The notes beneath the pieces are model-generated. The model was not told where the DNA came from. It saw only the letters and a list, made by a program, of their open reading frames with translations, and did not search any database. From a virus, in the IMG/VR virus record IMGVR_UViG_3300021964_000018, positions 1 to 64,000 of that record: a stretch of DNA of 64,000 bases, one strand, 5' to 3'. The position numbers and the translations under genes were made by a program. Positions within the stretch are counted from its first letter, which is position 1, and each line of letters begins with the position of its first letter. Shown piece by piece: positions 1 to 10,009 of this stretch.

Positions 1-2286
1 CCTGAAACAAGATTTATATCATCTTCGGTAGGGTTAGGTGTAACAGGATCTGAATACGTTTCTCCTATACGTTCAAAATGTATTAAAACGATTATTGATC
101 CGGGAAATACAGCACCTGAAAAAGGTGTTTTTGATTTAGTAGATTATCAAGTTGTTAATTTATTAGACGATGTAAGTAGTTTAGTGAATCAGTATAATGT
201 TAATGATACATCAACTAGTGTTAATGGCGTTATGTCTAGATACCTTGAAGCTGTTAATGACGCACCTACCGGAATTAAATTTTCAAAAACAATTGATATG
301 TTTCGTTTTGATACACCATTAAGTTATAATCAAAACTTTAATATTAAAAATAATGTAAGAAAAAATCTTATACCGTATCATCAACATAGATATCCTGATG
401 CAGGTTTTCATTATACAAATTACAATACGTTAAATTTTTACACAGGATCTAATAGTCCTGAACATTCTTGTTTGATATATCCTAATTTAAATGATGCATA
501 TACACCTTCATCAGGATTTTGTTTGGACTTTTGGATTAATCCAAGATACACAAATGAAACAGAAAGTTCTCACTATCATGCAGGTACAATATTCCACATG
601 TCTTCATCAATGTGTGTATCATTGGTTTCCGGATCTGGAAGAGATCAAAATAATTTAGTTGACACTTTTAAGATATTAGTACAATTAAGTCAAAGTGCAG
701 ATCTAAAACCAACAAGTGTTAGTCTTTCCTCTCCAGCAGGATCTTATCCTAGTGATTTAATATTTACTTCATCTTACTCATTAAAAAAGAATCATTGGCA
801 CCATGTTTTACTTCAATGGGATTCAAACAACGAAACCGGTGATGTTAATTTATATGTAGATTCCGGGAAAACAACATTTAATATACCGTCAAGCAGTTTA
901 ACAACATCAAACGAAATTATAGTTTTAGGAAACTACCTAAATACAGGATCACTTGCTGCAGCAAAACTTTTCAACACAACAACTGCAAACAATGAAGGCT
1001 TGACAGTTTTGGCTGCTGGATTGGAAGATGCACAAAATCATGATCAAATATTTACAAATCCTTTAAATGCAGAAATACACAATATTAGATTGTTTGATCG
1101 ATATTTAAGCGAAGTTGAAATATCAAAGTTTAAAAATAGTGGAATTACTAACGAAAAGGTTAGAAGTGTCAATGTTTATGATAGTTTGTTGTTTTATGTC
1201 CCACCTTTCTTTTATCCTATTACAAGAGAAAGAGAAGTAATCGTAACACCATTTCAAACAATTACATCAACAACTAACGATCCTTTTAATGTACAGTTTT
1301 CCTTTGGTGTATCTGGCAAAATGATAAATTTGGAAAACTTTACAAGAGAATTTATTCAAGGCGAATTTCCTCGCCTAATGTCTTTAAGCGGATCTACATT
1401 TACAGAAACCATTGAAAATATCACAGCAGACTCTTACGTATATAATACCGGGTCTATAGTTAAGAGAAATACAACAGTATTACCCTGCGATAACGGATTA
1501 TTTACACCTGATTTCTATCCAATTGCAATATCACCTGCATCAAGTAGTGCAACATATAACAATAACAATGGGACGTACGATTATTCTAAGATTAATTTAA
1601 AAGAATTAATTCCAACATCTTCGTTGTTTCCGGGTTTAGTATATCAGGCTGGGTCAATATTTGATGATATTGTTGGTGCAAGTCCGGAAAACCCAGGTGT
1701 AGCACCAGGTTCTGTATTGACAATTGCTCAAAGAACTAAAGACGTGTCTTCAAATGAGATTGTTTTATTTGATATATCAAATCTTTATTATGGTAATAGA
1801 ATCCACCCAGGTTCATTTGAAATAGTAGATTCGAATTTGACCGGATCAAATGGTAGATTATCAATTAAACTTAAGGATAATGAAAGGGGAAGCCTTTATC
1901 GCGCTGATGCATTAACAACACATGCAACATGGAATAATGTAGGCGATATACTTTATGATGAAGGTATGGTTTTGATTAAATCACCTCATTTATTTTATTA
2001 TTGCAAAGACAAAACTGACATTACTTTTAGGGGTGAGCAAAATATTCATACAATGATATTAAATGTGCCTTTTGAGAAAGATTCTTTTAACTCATCATCC
2101 AATGAAACGTTTAAATCGATTGCACCTAGCTATAGTACTTTTGATAAAAGTTTAGATTCTTTATACATCACTGCAGTTAACATTCATGACGATAACTTTA
2201 ATATTATTATGAAAGCTCATTTTGCACAGCCCATTTTAAAAACTGAGGCTGATGAGTTTGTTGTACGTCTTAAAATGGATTTTTAA
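1..2286 (+). CDS. Virion structural protein with LamG/concanavalin-like domain (5'-truncated by the window edge)
   Basis: Frame 1 is open from base 1 (PETRFISSSVG...) into the 184 ORF. LamG-like motifs: LDFWINP, NHWHHVLLQWD, LYVD, IHNIRLFDRYLS. C-terminal YITAVNIHDD...AHFAQPILK...VRLKMDF is typical of baseplate/tail-associated proteins of this phage group. Confidence 0.65.
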   Translation, partial: PETRFISSSVGLGVTGSEYVSPIRSKCIKTIIDPGNTAPEKGVFDLVDYQVVNLLDDVSSLVNQYNVNDTSTSVNGVMSRYLEAVNDAPTGIKFSKTIDMFRFDTPLSYNQNFNIKNNVRKNLIPYHQHRYPDAGFHYTNYNTLNFYTGSNSPEHSCLIYPNLNDAYTPSSGFCLDFWINPRYTNETESSHYHAGTIFHMSSSMCVSLVSGSGRDQNNLVDTFKILVQLSQSADLKPTSVSLSSPAGSYPSDLIFTSSYSLKKNHWHHVLLQWDSNNETGDVNLYVDSGKTTFNIPSSSLTTSNEIIVLGNYLNTGSLAAAKLFNTTTANNEGLTVLAAGLEDAQNHDQIFTNPLNAEIHNIRLFDRYLSEVEISKFKNSGITNEKVRSVNVYDSLLFYVPPFFYPITREREVIVTPFQTITSTTNDPFNVQFSFGVSGKMINLENFTREFIQGEFPRLMSLSGSTFTETIENITADSYVYNTGSIVKRNTTVLPCDNGLFTPDFYPIAISPASSSATYNNNNGTYDYSKINLKELIPTSSLFPGLVYQAGSIFDDIVGASPENPGVAPGSVLTIAQRTKDVSSNEIVLFDISNLYYGNRIHPGSFEIVDSNLTGSNGRLSIKLKDNERGSLYRADALTTHATWNNVGDILYDEGMVLIKSPHLFYYCKDKTDITFRGEQNIHTMILNVPFEKDSFNSSSNETFKSIAPSYSTFDKSLDSLYITAVNIHDDNFNIIMKAHFAQPILKTEADEFVVRLKMDF

Positions 2287-2288
2287 TA

Positions 2289-2840
2289 GTGATATTAGCA
2301 TTAGATATATCTACCTCGATAACTGGGTTCTGCGTTTTTAACGAATTTGATAACATTCATATTGGTCATATTGATTTAAGAAAAGAAAAAGATTTTTTTA
2401 AAAAAATTGATTTAGTAAAAGAAAAAATAGAAGAACTACACAAACAATACAATTTTAAAGAAGTTGCGATTGAAGAAGCTTTTCAGTCGTTTGGCCGCGG
2501 GTTATCATCTGCTAAGACTCTGTTTACACTGGCGAAATTTAACGGAATCATCCAATATATTGTATTCTCATTAGGAATAAAGGCCACAGTGATTAATGTG
2601 AATAATGCTAGAAAACTTGTAGGTATTAAGGTTAATAAAAAAGATAAAACAAAAAATACAAAAGAGCAAGTATTGGAACAAGTTAAAGCTTTAGATTCTA
2701 GAATAATATGGCCAACTCGAGTTTTAAAATCAGGTCCTAGGAAAGGAATGAGAATCCAAGACGACTGTTGTTATGATATGGCTGATGCATATGTGATAGG
2801 TAAAGCATTTTTAATTGAAAATAAAGGTATTGCTAAGTAA
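2289..2840 (+). CDS. RuvC-like Holliday junction resolvase
   Basis: N-terminal ILALDISTSITG, AIEE and C-terminal DMADAY supply the RNase H-fold acidic residues. Confidence 0.8.
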   Translation: MILALDISTSITGFCVFNEFDNIHIGHIDLRKEKDFFKKIDLVKEKIEELHKQYNFKEVAIEEAFQSFGRGLSSAKTLFTLAKFNGIIQYIVFSLGIKATVINVNNARKLVGIKVNKKDKTKNTKEQVLEQVKALDSRIIWPTRVLKSGPRKGMRIQDDCCYDMADAYVIGKAFLIENKGIAK

Positions 2841-2852
2841 AATAACAGTATT

Positions 2853-3812
2853 ATGATTACTGTTAAAGAAAAAATTAGGCTTATTGAGTCATGTTTTGGC
2901 GATGCAAAAATAACTGCCGACAATAAAAATGCTGTTGTTTTTTGCCCAATGTGTAAAGCAAAAGGTAAAGATAAAAGAAAACTTGCAATTGGTATTGATA
3001 ATGGTGTATACCATTGTTGGGTCTGCGAATCAAAAGGCAGGAATATAGGAAGAATTGCTTTAAAATATTCTATTCAAAAGAAGGCTGCAACTGATCTTTA
3101 TACTTATTTTAAAAAGGATACTAAAGATGATGACCAAATTGCAGAGGAAGAGAAAAAAGCTATTAGTCTACCTGAAGATTTTAGACTTGTTGCAAAAGAT
3201 CGATCAGCTCGAACAAGACATGCAGCAGTTTACCTTAAAGATCGAGGCTTTAAAGAAGAAGATTTATGGCGATTCAGAGTCGGAATAAGTGAAGAATATA
3301 GTTTTAGAAATCGTGTAATATTTCCTTCTTATGATGCAGAACAAAATTTAAACTTTTTTACTGCTCGAGCAACATTAAAAGACATAAAGCGAAGATATCA
3401 TAATTGTACAGCAAGTAGAAAAGAAGTAATATTTAGAGAATTTGATATTGACTTTTCAAAAGAATTAATATTGACAGAAGGTGTTTTTGATTTATTGCAT
3501 ACACCTGAAAATTCTACGTGTTTATTAGGTAGTTGGATGGATGAAAAATATGCTTTATTTAAAAAGATAGTTAAAAACAATACACCTGTTATATTATGTT
3601 TAGATGAAGATGCAATGTCAAAAACACAAAAAATAGCTAGTAAATTATATTCTTATAATATTGACGTAAAAATATCCCAGCACACAGGTAAAGATTTTGG
3701 TGATATGGAAAAATCTGAAGTTGAATATTATATTAATAACGCAAAACCTTATGATAATGTTGATCGTGTGTCATATTTAATAAATACAATAAGATCCGGA
3801 TCTATGTTTTAG
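2853..3812 (+). CDS. DNA primase (zinc finger + TOPRIM)
   Basis: CPMC...YHCWVC zinc ribbon, RVIFP, LTEGVFD, CLDED and KDFGD TOPRIM motifs. Confidence 0.85.
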   Translation: MITVKEKIRLIESCFGDAKITADNKNAVVFCPMCKAKGKDKRKLAIGIDNGVYHCWVCESKGRNIGRIALKYSIQKKAATDLYTYFKKDTKDDDQIAEEEKKAISLPEDFRLVAKDRSARTRHAAVYLKDRGFKEEDLWRFRVGISEEYSFRNRVIFPSYDAEQNLNFFTARATLKDIKRRYHNCTASRKEVIFREFDIDFSKELILTEGVFDLLHTPENSTCLLGSWMDEKYALFKKIVKNNTPVILCLDEDAMSKTQKIASKLYSYNIDVKISQHTGKDFGDMEKSEVEYYINNAKPYDNVDRVSYLINTIRSGSMF

Positions 3813-3824
3813 GAGAGAATTAAT

Positions 3825-4427
3825 ATGACTAAGTTAAACAGATCAGCACTTAAACAACTGATTGTTAAAGAAATGAAAAAAATAATGGATGAAGAAATAA
3901 TTTTTTCAAAAAATGCAGCATTAAATAGAGGAATGTTAGGCAGGCATGACGATCCAAGTCGTCAAGCTATGTATACATCATGTTCAGAATGTGGAAGCAA
4001 AATGTATGAAGGTGAGTCTGTATGTGAACAATGTGGTTCAATGTATGAAGCCGAGTTAAATGAAGGTGATTGCGGTTGTGGAACATGTTCAACATGCGCG
4101 CCGAATAATGCAGACCTAGACTATAATTTTATCCCAGATCACATGCAACATGATCTATTGAACCAATTTCCACAAATGAAGAATATTGAAGTTGAAGTTG
4201 AATATGATGACGATGTCAAGATAGGTAATCATAAAATTTTTAAAGGGTCATACATGGCAAAAAGTCATCTTTATAAAGTACACAAATATGCAGAAAAGCT
4301 TTATCATATGATACCTGATGGGCACAATCTTGAAGATTGGATGAGAACAAAATTAGCACAAATTGCTGATGATATTGGTGAAGTTTATCATGCATTAGAT
4401 CATGACATATTTGAAGGTGATGTATAA
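3825..4427 (+). CDS. Hypothetical Cys-rich protein with shared N-terminal leader; probable head-internal protein
   Basis: Leader MTKLNRSALKQLIVKE; CSECG/CEQCG/CGCGTCSTC clusters; helical C-terminal domain MAKSHLYK...LEDWMRTKLAQ; AGGAG RBS. Confidence 0.55.
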   Translation: MTKLNRSALKQLIVKEMKKIMDEEIIFSKNAALNRGMLGRHDDPSRQAMYTSCSECGSKMYEGESVCEQCGSMYEAELNEGDCGCGTCSTCAPNNADLDYNFIPDHMQHDLLNQFPQMKNIEVEVEYDDDVKIGNHKIFKGSYMAKSHLYKVHKYAEKLYHMIPDGHNLEDWMRTKLAQIADDIGEVYHALDHDIFEGDV

Positions 4428-4428
4428 C

Positions 4429-5721
4429 ATGTTATCTTTGACGTCTCTTTTTAAAGAAACAAAAGAAACGCTGACTGAAGAACAAAAAAAGCACAGGGGT
4501 AGAGCTAACAAGTATATAAAGGATACGTCAGTTTTACCTGAACTTAAATGTCCTGAGGTGGGTAGTATTATTCATGATAGAGACGTCGAGATGATTAAAC
4601 ATTATTTTTATAACAAGTCTCTCTCTGATGATTTTTTAGAGGCAGCTCATGATTCTTGTAAGAAAGTTTTTAAAAAGTTTTGCAAACAAAATAATTATAA
4701 GATCAACTGGGAATTAATAGAAGACGGTCTTAAAGATTCCCATGCTATTATTTTTTCTCTTAAAAATAAGTTTAAAAGACCTAGACCTAAAGAATTATTA
4801 AAAATTGAAGATCCTGAATTTGACAATATTGTTGATATGGATTCTTATTCTTTTCCAAGCGGACACACAACAACAGCATTTTTTATAGCAACAGTATTAT
4901 CTGATGTTTTACCTGAAGAAAAAAATCATTTCAAAACAATGGCAGAATTAATAGGTCAATCTAGGATTGAAAATTGTGTCCATTATCCGACTGACGTCAT
5001 ACACGGTCAATTGTTAGGTGAATTATTAGGTCAGCTATTTTTAAATGAAATTAGTAATAAAAAACATGATATAACTGAAATTAAGCTTAAAAGAAAAGAT
5101 GAAAAAGTTTTATCACAAAAATTAAGAGAAAAAGCGTCAGAATTATATGATGAAAACTTTATCGAAAATTATTGTCATGACATGGCAGAATTTATTCAAA
5201 TCTCTTGTAAAATTGAGCAAATAGATTTGCCTTATAATAAATGTTATGAGGCATGTCATGATTTTATAAGCGGATATCCTTTAAAAGATATCGATAATGA
5301 TCACATCAGATCACATTTACAAATGATGTGCATGGCAAACAAATTAGATGATTTAGATAGCGTATTTTCAATTATTAATCTTCATAAACAACTTGATGAT
5401 AAAATTGTTGACAAAGGAAAACCTGGAATGCTGAGGTATTTTAATCGTGCCTCATCGTATGGAAATGAATATAGCTATCCTAATAATATTTTAGTCGATA
5501 TTCAGAAACTAAAAAAGATTGATAATCCTTATATTAAACATATAGTATATGAATGGATTCATCCATTTTGTGATGGAAATGGAAGGTCTGGTCGAATCAA
5601 GTTATTATTTGATTTAGGAATAGACTTTAGAGCAGTTAATCATTTTTGCGGCAAGGATTATTTAAATATCATACAAAAATTTGTTGACAAATATGAAACA
5701 ATTGATAATGTTTTAAATTAG
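4429..5721 (+). CDS. PAP2-superfamily phosphatase fused to a C-terminal Fic domain
   Basis: All three PAP2 motifs are present (KNKFKRPRP, PSGH, SRIENCVHYPTD), plus the Fic motif HPFCDGNGRSGR. Start placed at ATG 4429, just after the previous stop. Confidence 0.85.
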   Translation: MLSLTSLFKETKETLTEEQKKHRGRANKYIKDTSVLPELKCPEVGSIIHDRDVEMIKHYFYNKSLSDDFLEAAHDSCKKVFKKFCKQNNYKINWELIEDGLKDSHAIIFSLKNKFKRPRPKELLKIEDPEFDNIVDMDSYSFPSGHTTTAFFIATVLSDVLPEEKNHFKTMAELIGQSRIENCVHYPTDVIHGQLLGELLGQLFLNEISNKKHDITEIKLKRKDEKVLSQKLREKASELYDENFIENYCHDMAEFIQISCKIEQIDLPYNKCYEACHDFISGYPLKDIDNDHIRSHLQMMCMANKLDDLDSVFSIINLHKQLDDKIVDKGKPGMLRYFNRASSYGNEYSYPNNILVDIQKLKKIDNPYIKHIVYEWIHPFCDGNGRSGRIKLLFDLGIDFRAVNHFCGKDYLNIIQKFVDKYETIDNVLN

Positions 5722-5728
5722 TATATGC

Positions 5729-5757
5729 GTGTAAATTTTATTAATTTTAGTTATAAT
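5729..5757 (+). promoter_or_regulatory. Sigma70-like promoter
   Basis: GTGTAA-17 nt-TATAAT upstream of the 5782 ORF. Confidence 0.55.
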
Positions 5758-5781
5758 ATAAGCATAACCAAGGTGTAATTT

Positions 5782-6174
5782 ATGGCTAAAATTAAAAGAA
5801 GTATTCTTAAAGATATTAAAAAGGCTGCTCGAGAAATTAAAAAACAAGAAAATAATTCACGAAGCAAACCTCAATATCAGACACAGTTATCTTACGATCA
5901 AAGGCGTCAAATAAGGCAAGAAGCTTTTAATGACCATAAAATTAAAGTAACTTGGAACATACATCCTGGTGATTTGGTTAAAATTAAATCAAATCATTCA
6001 CCGACAGGTAATGTAATATACGGTTTAGTAACGTGGGGTGTGCAAGAAACATTCCAAAGAGCGCCTAGCTTAGGTCATAAGAAGAATTTATCTTGGTATG
6101 ATAATAAAATTAGAGTAATGTCATCCGCTGGTTATCTTTTCTTTCCAGCTAGCGGAATGACTGTAATTAGTTAA
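5782..6174 (+). CDS. Hypothetical protein (basic N-terminus, possible SH3/KOW-like C-terminus)
   Basis: Has an RBS and an upstream promoter; IHPGDLVKIK resembles KOW-like segments. Confidence 0.5.
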   Translation: MAKIKRSILKDIKKAAREIKKQENNSRSKPQYQTQLSYDQRRQIRQEAFNDHKIKVTWNIHPGDLVKIKSNHSPTGNVIYGLVTWGVQETFQRAPSLGHKKNLSWYDNKIRVMSSAGYLFFPASGMTVIS

Positions 6175-6182
6175 GGAGAAAC

Positions 6183-9100
6183 ATGAGAATTATTCATATC
6201 GCTGATGTTCATTGGCGCGGATTATCACGCCACGAAGAATATATTTTAGCATTTAAAGACTTTTTTAAAAAAGCAAAAGCACTCAACCCGGATATTATTT
6301 ATATTGGTGGTGATATTGTTCATTCTAAAACACAAGGAATATCTCCAGAATTAATTCAGTGTTTAGCGTGGTGGTTTAATGAAATGGCTAAAGTTGCACC
6401 TACTCACGTCATCCTAGGAAATCACGATGGGCTCATTTTAAACAAAGATAGGCAAGATGCAGTTTCTCCAATCATTAAAGCTCTAAATAATCCAAATATT
6501 TATCTCTATAAAAATAGTGGAAATTATGAAATCCCAGGACACCCTGGTTTTTACTGGAATGTTTTTTCTTGTTTTGACGAAGAAGGCTGGAATAAAGTCT
6601 CTCCAATTCCTGACAATGTTAATATTGCCTTATATCATGGTGCAGCATATGGTTCATTAACAGATACAGATTGGCAACTTGAAGGTGAAATTTCAAAAGG
6701 TATATTTAAGGGATTTGATTTTGCGCTATTAGGTGATATCCATAAACGACAATTTCTTAATGAAGAAAAAACTGTCGCCTATTGTGGATCTACAATACAA
6801 CAGAATTATGGAGAAACCATCGATAAAGGGTTTTTATGCTGGGACATTAGAGGTAAAGGAGACTTCGATGTAGAGTTTCACAGTGTTCAACCAGTACATC
6901 CTTTCTATACAGTTGAATGGTTAGGTAGCGTAGAAGAAACACTTGATTATTGTGAAAATCTTCCTAGACAGTCAAAGATAAGAGTTAGAGCAGATAATTT
7001 TATTTCACAATCTGATACACGTAGATTAAGAAAACTGTTTAAGAAATCTTTAAATGCCGCAGAAGTAGTTTATAAAATCGATTCTAAGTTTGATGCTGAG
7101 CATGTTGTTGACGAAACAAATAAAAATGCAATTAATCTTCGCAATCCGGACACACATAAAGATTTGCTTAGAAATTATTATTCTTCTCAAAAATTTACTA
7201 AAGACGAATGGCAAAAAATAGATAATCTAGTTGATAAGTATATTGATCAAATAGGTGGAGCTGAAGACGGTAGAAATATAAAGTGGACAATTGATAATAT
7301 AGGATTTGATAATGCATTTTCATATGGAAAAGATAACTACATTAATTTTAAATCTTTACCAGGAATTACAGGTATTTTTGGTAGAAACGCAAGAGGAAAA
7401 TCATCTATTATTGGAACAATTGCCTATGCTTTGTTTAATACTTCTGATAGAGGTTCAATAAAAAATCTGCACTTAATTAATACAAGATATAATAATTGCA
7501 AAGCTGAAATTGACATTACTATTAATGGTATACCACATCGAATAATTCGACAAACTGTTAAAAAGGTAACGAAGAAAAACGTGTGGGCTCCTACAACACT
7601 TAAATTTTACCGTTTAGATAAATATGGTGAAATAGTAGAGGACCTTACTGATGAACAACGTCGTGAAACAGAGAAAATAGTCAGATCTAAAATAGGCACT
7701 GCAGAAGAATTTATGATGACTTCTTTGGCTTCTCAAGGTGAAATGAACACTTTTGTCAAAGAAAAAGCAGCTGCCAGAAAGCTACATTTATCAAATTTTC
7801 TTGATTTAGGTGTATTTGATAAACTTTATGATTTGGTTAAAAAAGATTCGAATGAAACACGAGCTAGGGCAAATGCATTATCAGGCGAAAATTGGCAACA
7901 AAAAATAGATAAAAGTCAAGCAAGAATTGATGATTATTTAAAGAAGAAAGCTTTTAAAGAATTAGATGTTTCAGAAAACAAAAAGAGAATTAAAGAGTTA
8001 AATAAAGCATATCATAAAAAAGATACAGCTGAGCTAATTGATGCTAAGACTATTAAGGAAATGCAAAATCAATTGATACAAATTGATAATCAATCAAGAA
8101 AATTATCTCAATTAAAAGGTGAAGCTGAAGACAGTATATCAGAAAAAGAAGAAAAAATTAAAAAAATTAAAGACTTTTTAGCAACTATTGACATTGATGA
8201 AATTAATAAAAAACGAGAAGCTAAAATCAAAATAGAGAAAAATCTAGCAGAGCTACAAGGTCTTTACAATTTAGAAAAAAGAGAATTAGAGATAATTGAA
8301 AAGTCTGTTAAAAAGTTATCTGAAGTACCTTGTGGTGATCGTTTTCCTTCTTGTAAGTTTATTAAAGAGTCTCATAAGAATAAGAAAAAATTAGATACGC
8401 AAGAAAAAAAGGTAACGTTATTGAGTGTAAAAATTGATGATATTTCTGAAACTTTTAAAGTGTATAGCAATGATAATTTGGATGAAAAGATTAGTAAATA
8501 TAATAAGTTATTAAGAAGAAAATCAGAGTTAATAACAGATGTTTCTGATGTTCGTATTAAAATTAGTCAATATACACAAAATATTGAAAGGTTAGCAGAT
8601 CAGTATGAGGATAAACATTCTGAATTTATAAAACTTAGAGAAAAATTTGAGCTTCAAGAAGTTGATGATGAAGTTGCTGAATTATTAAAACTCATTAAAA
8701 AAGAAGAAAGAAGTCTAAAAGAAAATGAAAATAATTTGACTTCAATAATACAACAATTGGCAAATCACAAGGCAAATGTTAAGCTTTTTCAAAAGCAAAA
8801 AGATGAATATGACAAAGCGAATGGTGAACTTAAAATGTATGATGTGTTTGCTCAGGCAGTATCTCGAAGAGGTATACCCGTACAGATAATTCATTCGTTA
8901 TTGCCAAAAATTAATGCTGAAATTGCTAAAATTCTTAATGGGGTTGTTGGGTTTGTAGTTGAGTTAGAGGCAGATTTGGACTCTAATGCAATGGATATAT
9001 ACATCAATTATGGAGATTCACGTCGTATAATAGAATTAGGCTCTGGAATGGAAAAAATGATGGCGTCTTTAGCAATACGTGTGGCATTAATAAATTGTTC

Positions 9101-9314
9101 AACTCTTCCGAAAACAAACATGTTAATGATTGATGAAGGATTTGGTGCTCTAGATGAAACAAACTTAGAAGCTTGTGGTAAACTTCTTCAATCATTAAAA
9201 AAATGGTTTAAAAATATTCTTATAATTTCTCATATTGATGCAATTAAAGATGTTGTTGATAATACAATTGAAATTATGAAAAATGGAGTTGATTCACGTG
9301 TATATCAAGAATAA
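6183..9314 (+). CDS. Mre11/SbcD nuclease fused to Rad50/SbcC ATPase (gp47-gp46 fusion)
   Basis: Phosphoesterase motifs IADVH, GGDIVH, GNHD, GDIH; Walker A GRNARGKSS; long coiled coil with central CGDRFPSC; signature GSGME; Walker B MLMIDEGFGALD; H-loop IISH. Confidence 0.92.
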   Translation: MRIIHIADVHWRGLSRHEEYILAFKDFFKKAKALNPDIIYIGGDIVHSKTQGISPELIQCLAWWFNEMAKVAPTHVILGNHDGLILNKDRQDAVSPIIKALNNPNIYLYKNSGNYEIPGHPGFYWNVFSCFDEEGWNKVSPIPDNVNIALYHGAAYGSLTDTDWQLEGEISKGIFKGFDFALLGDIHKRQFLNEEKTVAYCGSTIQQNYGETIDKGFLCWDIRGKGDFDVEFHSVQPVHPFYTVEWLGSVEETLDYCENLPRQSKIRVRADNFISQSDTRRLRKLFKKSLNAAEVVYKIDSKFDAEHVVDETNKNAINLRNPDTHKDLLRNYYSSQKFTKDEWQKIDNLVDKYIDQIGGAEDGRNIKWTIDNIGFDNAFSYGKDNYINFKSLPGITGIFGRNARGKSSIIGTIAYALFNTSDRGSIKNLHLINTRYNNCKAEIDITINGIPHRIIRQTVKKVTKKNVWAPTTLKFYRLDKYGEIVEDLTDEQRRETEKIVRSKIGTAEEFMMTSLASQGEMNTFVKEKAAARKLHLSNFLDLGVFDKLYDLVKKDSNETRARANALSGENWQQKIDKSQARIDDYLKKKAFKELDVSENKKRIKELNKAYHKKDTAELIDAKTIKEMQNQLIQIDNQSRKLSQLKGEAEDSISEKEEKIKKIKDFLATIDIDEINKKREAKIKIEKNLAELQGLYNLEKRELEIIEKSVKKLSEVPCGDRFPSCKFIKESHKNKKKLDTQEKKVTLLSVKIDDISETFKVYSNDNLDEKISKYNKLLRRKSELITDVSDVRIKISQYTQNIERLADQYEDKHSEFIKLREKFELQEVDDEVAELLKLIKKEERSLKENENNLTSIIQQLANHKANVKLFQKQKDEYDKANGELKMYDVFAQAVSRRGIPVQIIHSLLPKINAEIAKILNGVVGFVVELEADLDSNAMDIYINYGDSRRIIELGSGMEKMMASLAIRVALINCSTLPKTNMLMIDEGFGALDETNLEACGKLLQSLKKWFKNILIISHIDAIKDVVDNTIEIMKNGVDSRVYQE

Positions 9315-9567
9315 AATTAAATTCGTAAATGAAGATACTACAAGTAAAAAAGAGTCTTTTTATTGTCAATTATGTAATTATCCTTTGATCACAATGTTAG
9401 ATTTTGAAAAAAGTAATGAATATAATGCATGTAACGAATGTTATCTTGAATTTATAGAGTCTAGAAGAAAAGATTGGAAAGAAGGTTGGCGTCCAGATAA
9501 ATCAGCATTGCATGAGTATATTTATTTACGTAAACAACTTGACAAAAGAATAAATAATAATAAATAG
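9283..9567 (+). CDS. Small hypothetical zinc-finger protein
   Basis: CQLC...CNEC pairs; start uncertain. Confidence 0.5.
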   Translation: MELIHVYIKNKIKFVNEDTTSKKESFYCQLCNYPLITMLDFEKSNEYNACNECYLEFIESRRKDWKEGWRPDKSALHEYIYLRKQLDKRINNNK

Positions 9568-9577
9568 GAGTATAATT

Positions 9578-10009
9578 ATGCCACTTAATTTTGAAGAAGT
9601 CAACGTTTTAGGAAATATCATTAATGATACGTACGGAAAAGGATCAACAAATTACGGGGAGGGAGGAAGTAGATATACACTAGGAGGACCTGGAAGTCAT
9701 TCTTCAGTCGTTACTAAATCCTCTTTGCAAGGAAACACACTTTCTGTTACGTCTTTGGCGGTTATTAATTTAACTCATCATAGCATGCAACACCAAGAAA
9801 TTGCTAAATGTGAAAATGAGCTAAATCAACATATTAAAAAATATATTGCTGATATTAAGAAAGAATTTAAAAAGAAAGAAAATGCAGGAAGAGTTTTAAA
9901 GTGCAAGCAAGTTAAAAACTCAGAAAGAAATTCTGTTGAAATGATTAATCATTATAATGTTAATAGACCTGCAATAGTGAGAAGAACAATTGACTTTGAG
10001 GTGGATTAA
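9578..10009 (+). CDS. Hypothetical protein directly upstream of terminase
   Basis: AGGAG RBS; abuts TerL. Confidence 0.55.
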   Translation: MPLNFEEVNVLGNIINDTYGKGSTNYGEGGSRYTLGGPGSHSSVVTKSSLQGNTLSVTSLAVINLTHHSMQHQEIAKCENELNQHIKKYIADIKKEFKKKENAGRVLKCKQVKNSERNSVEMINHYNVNRPAIVRRTIDFEVD

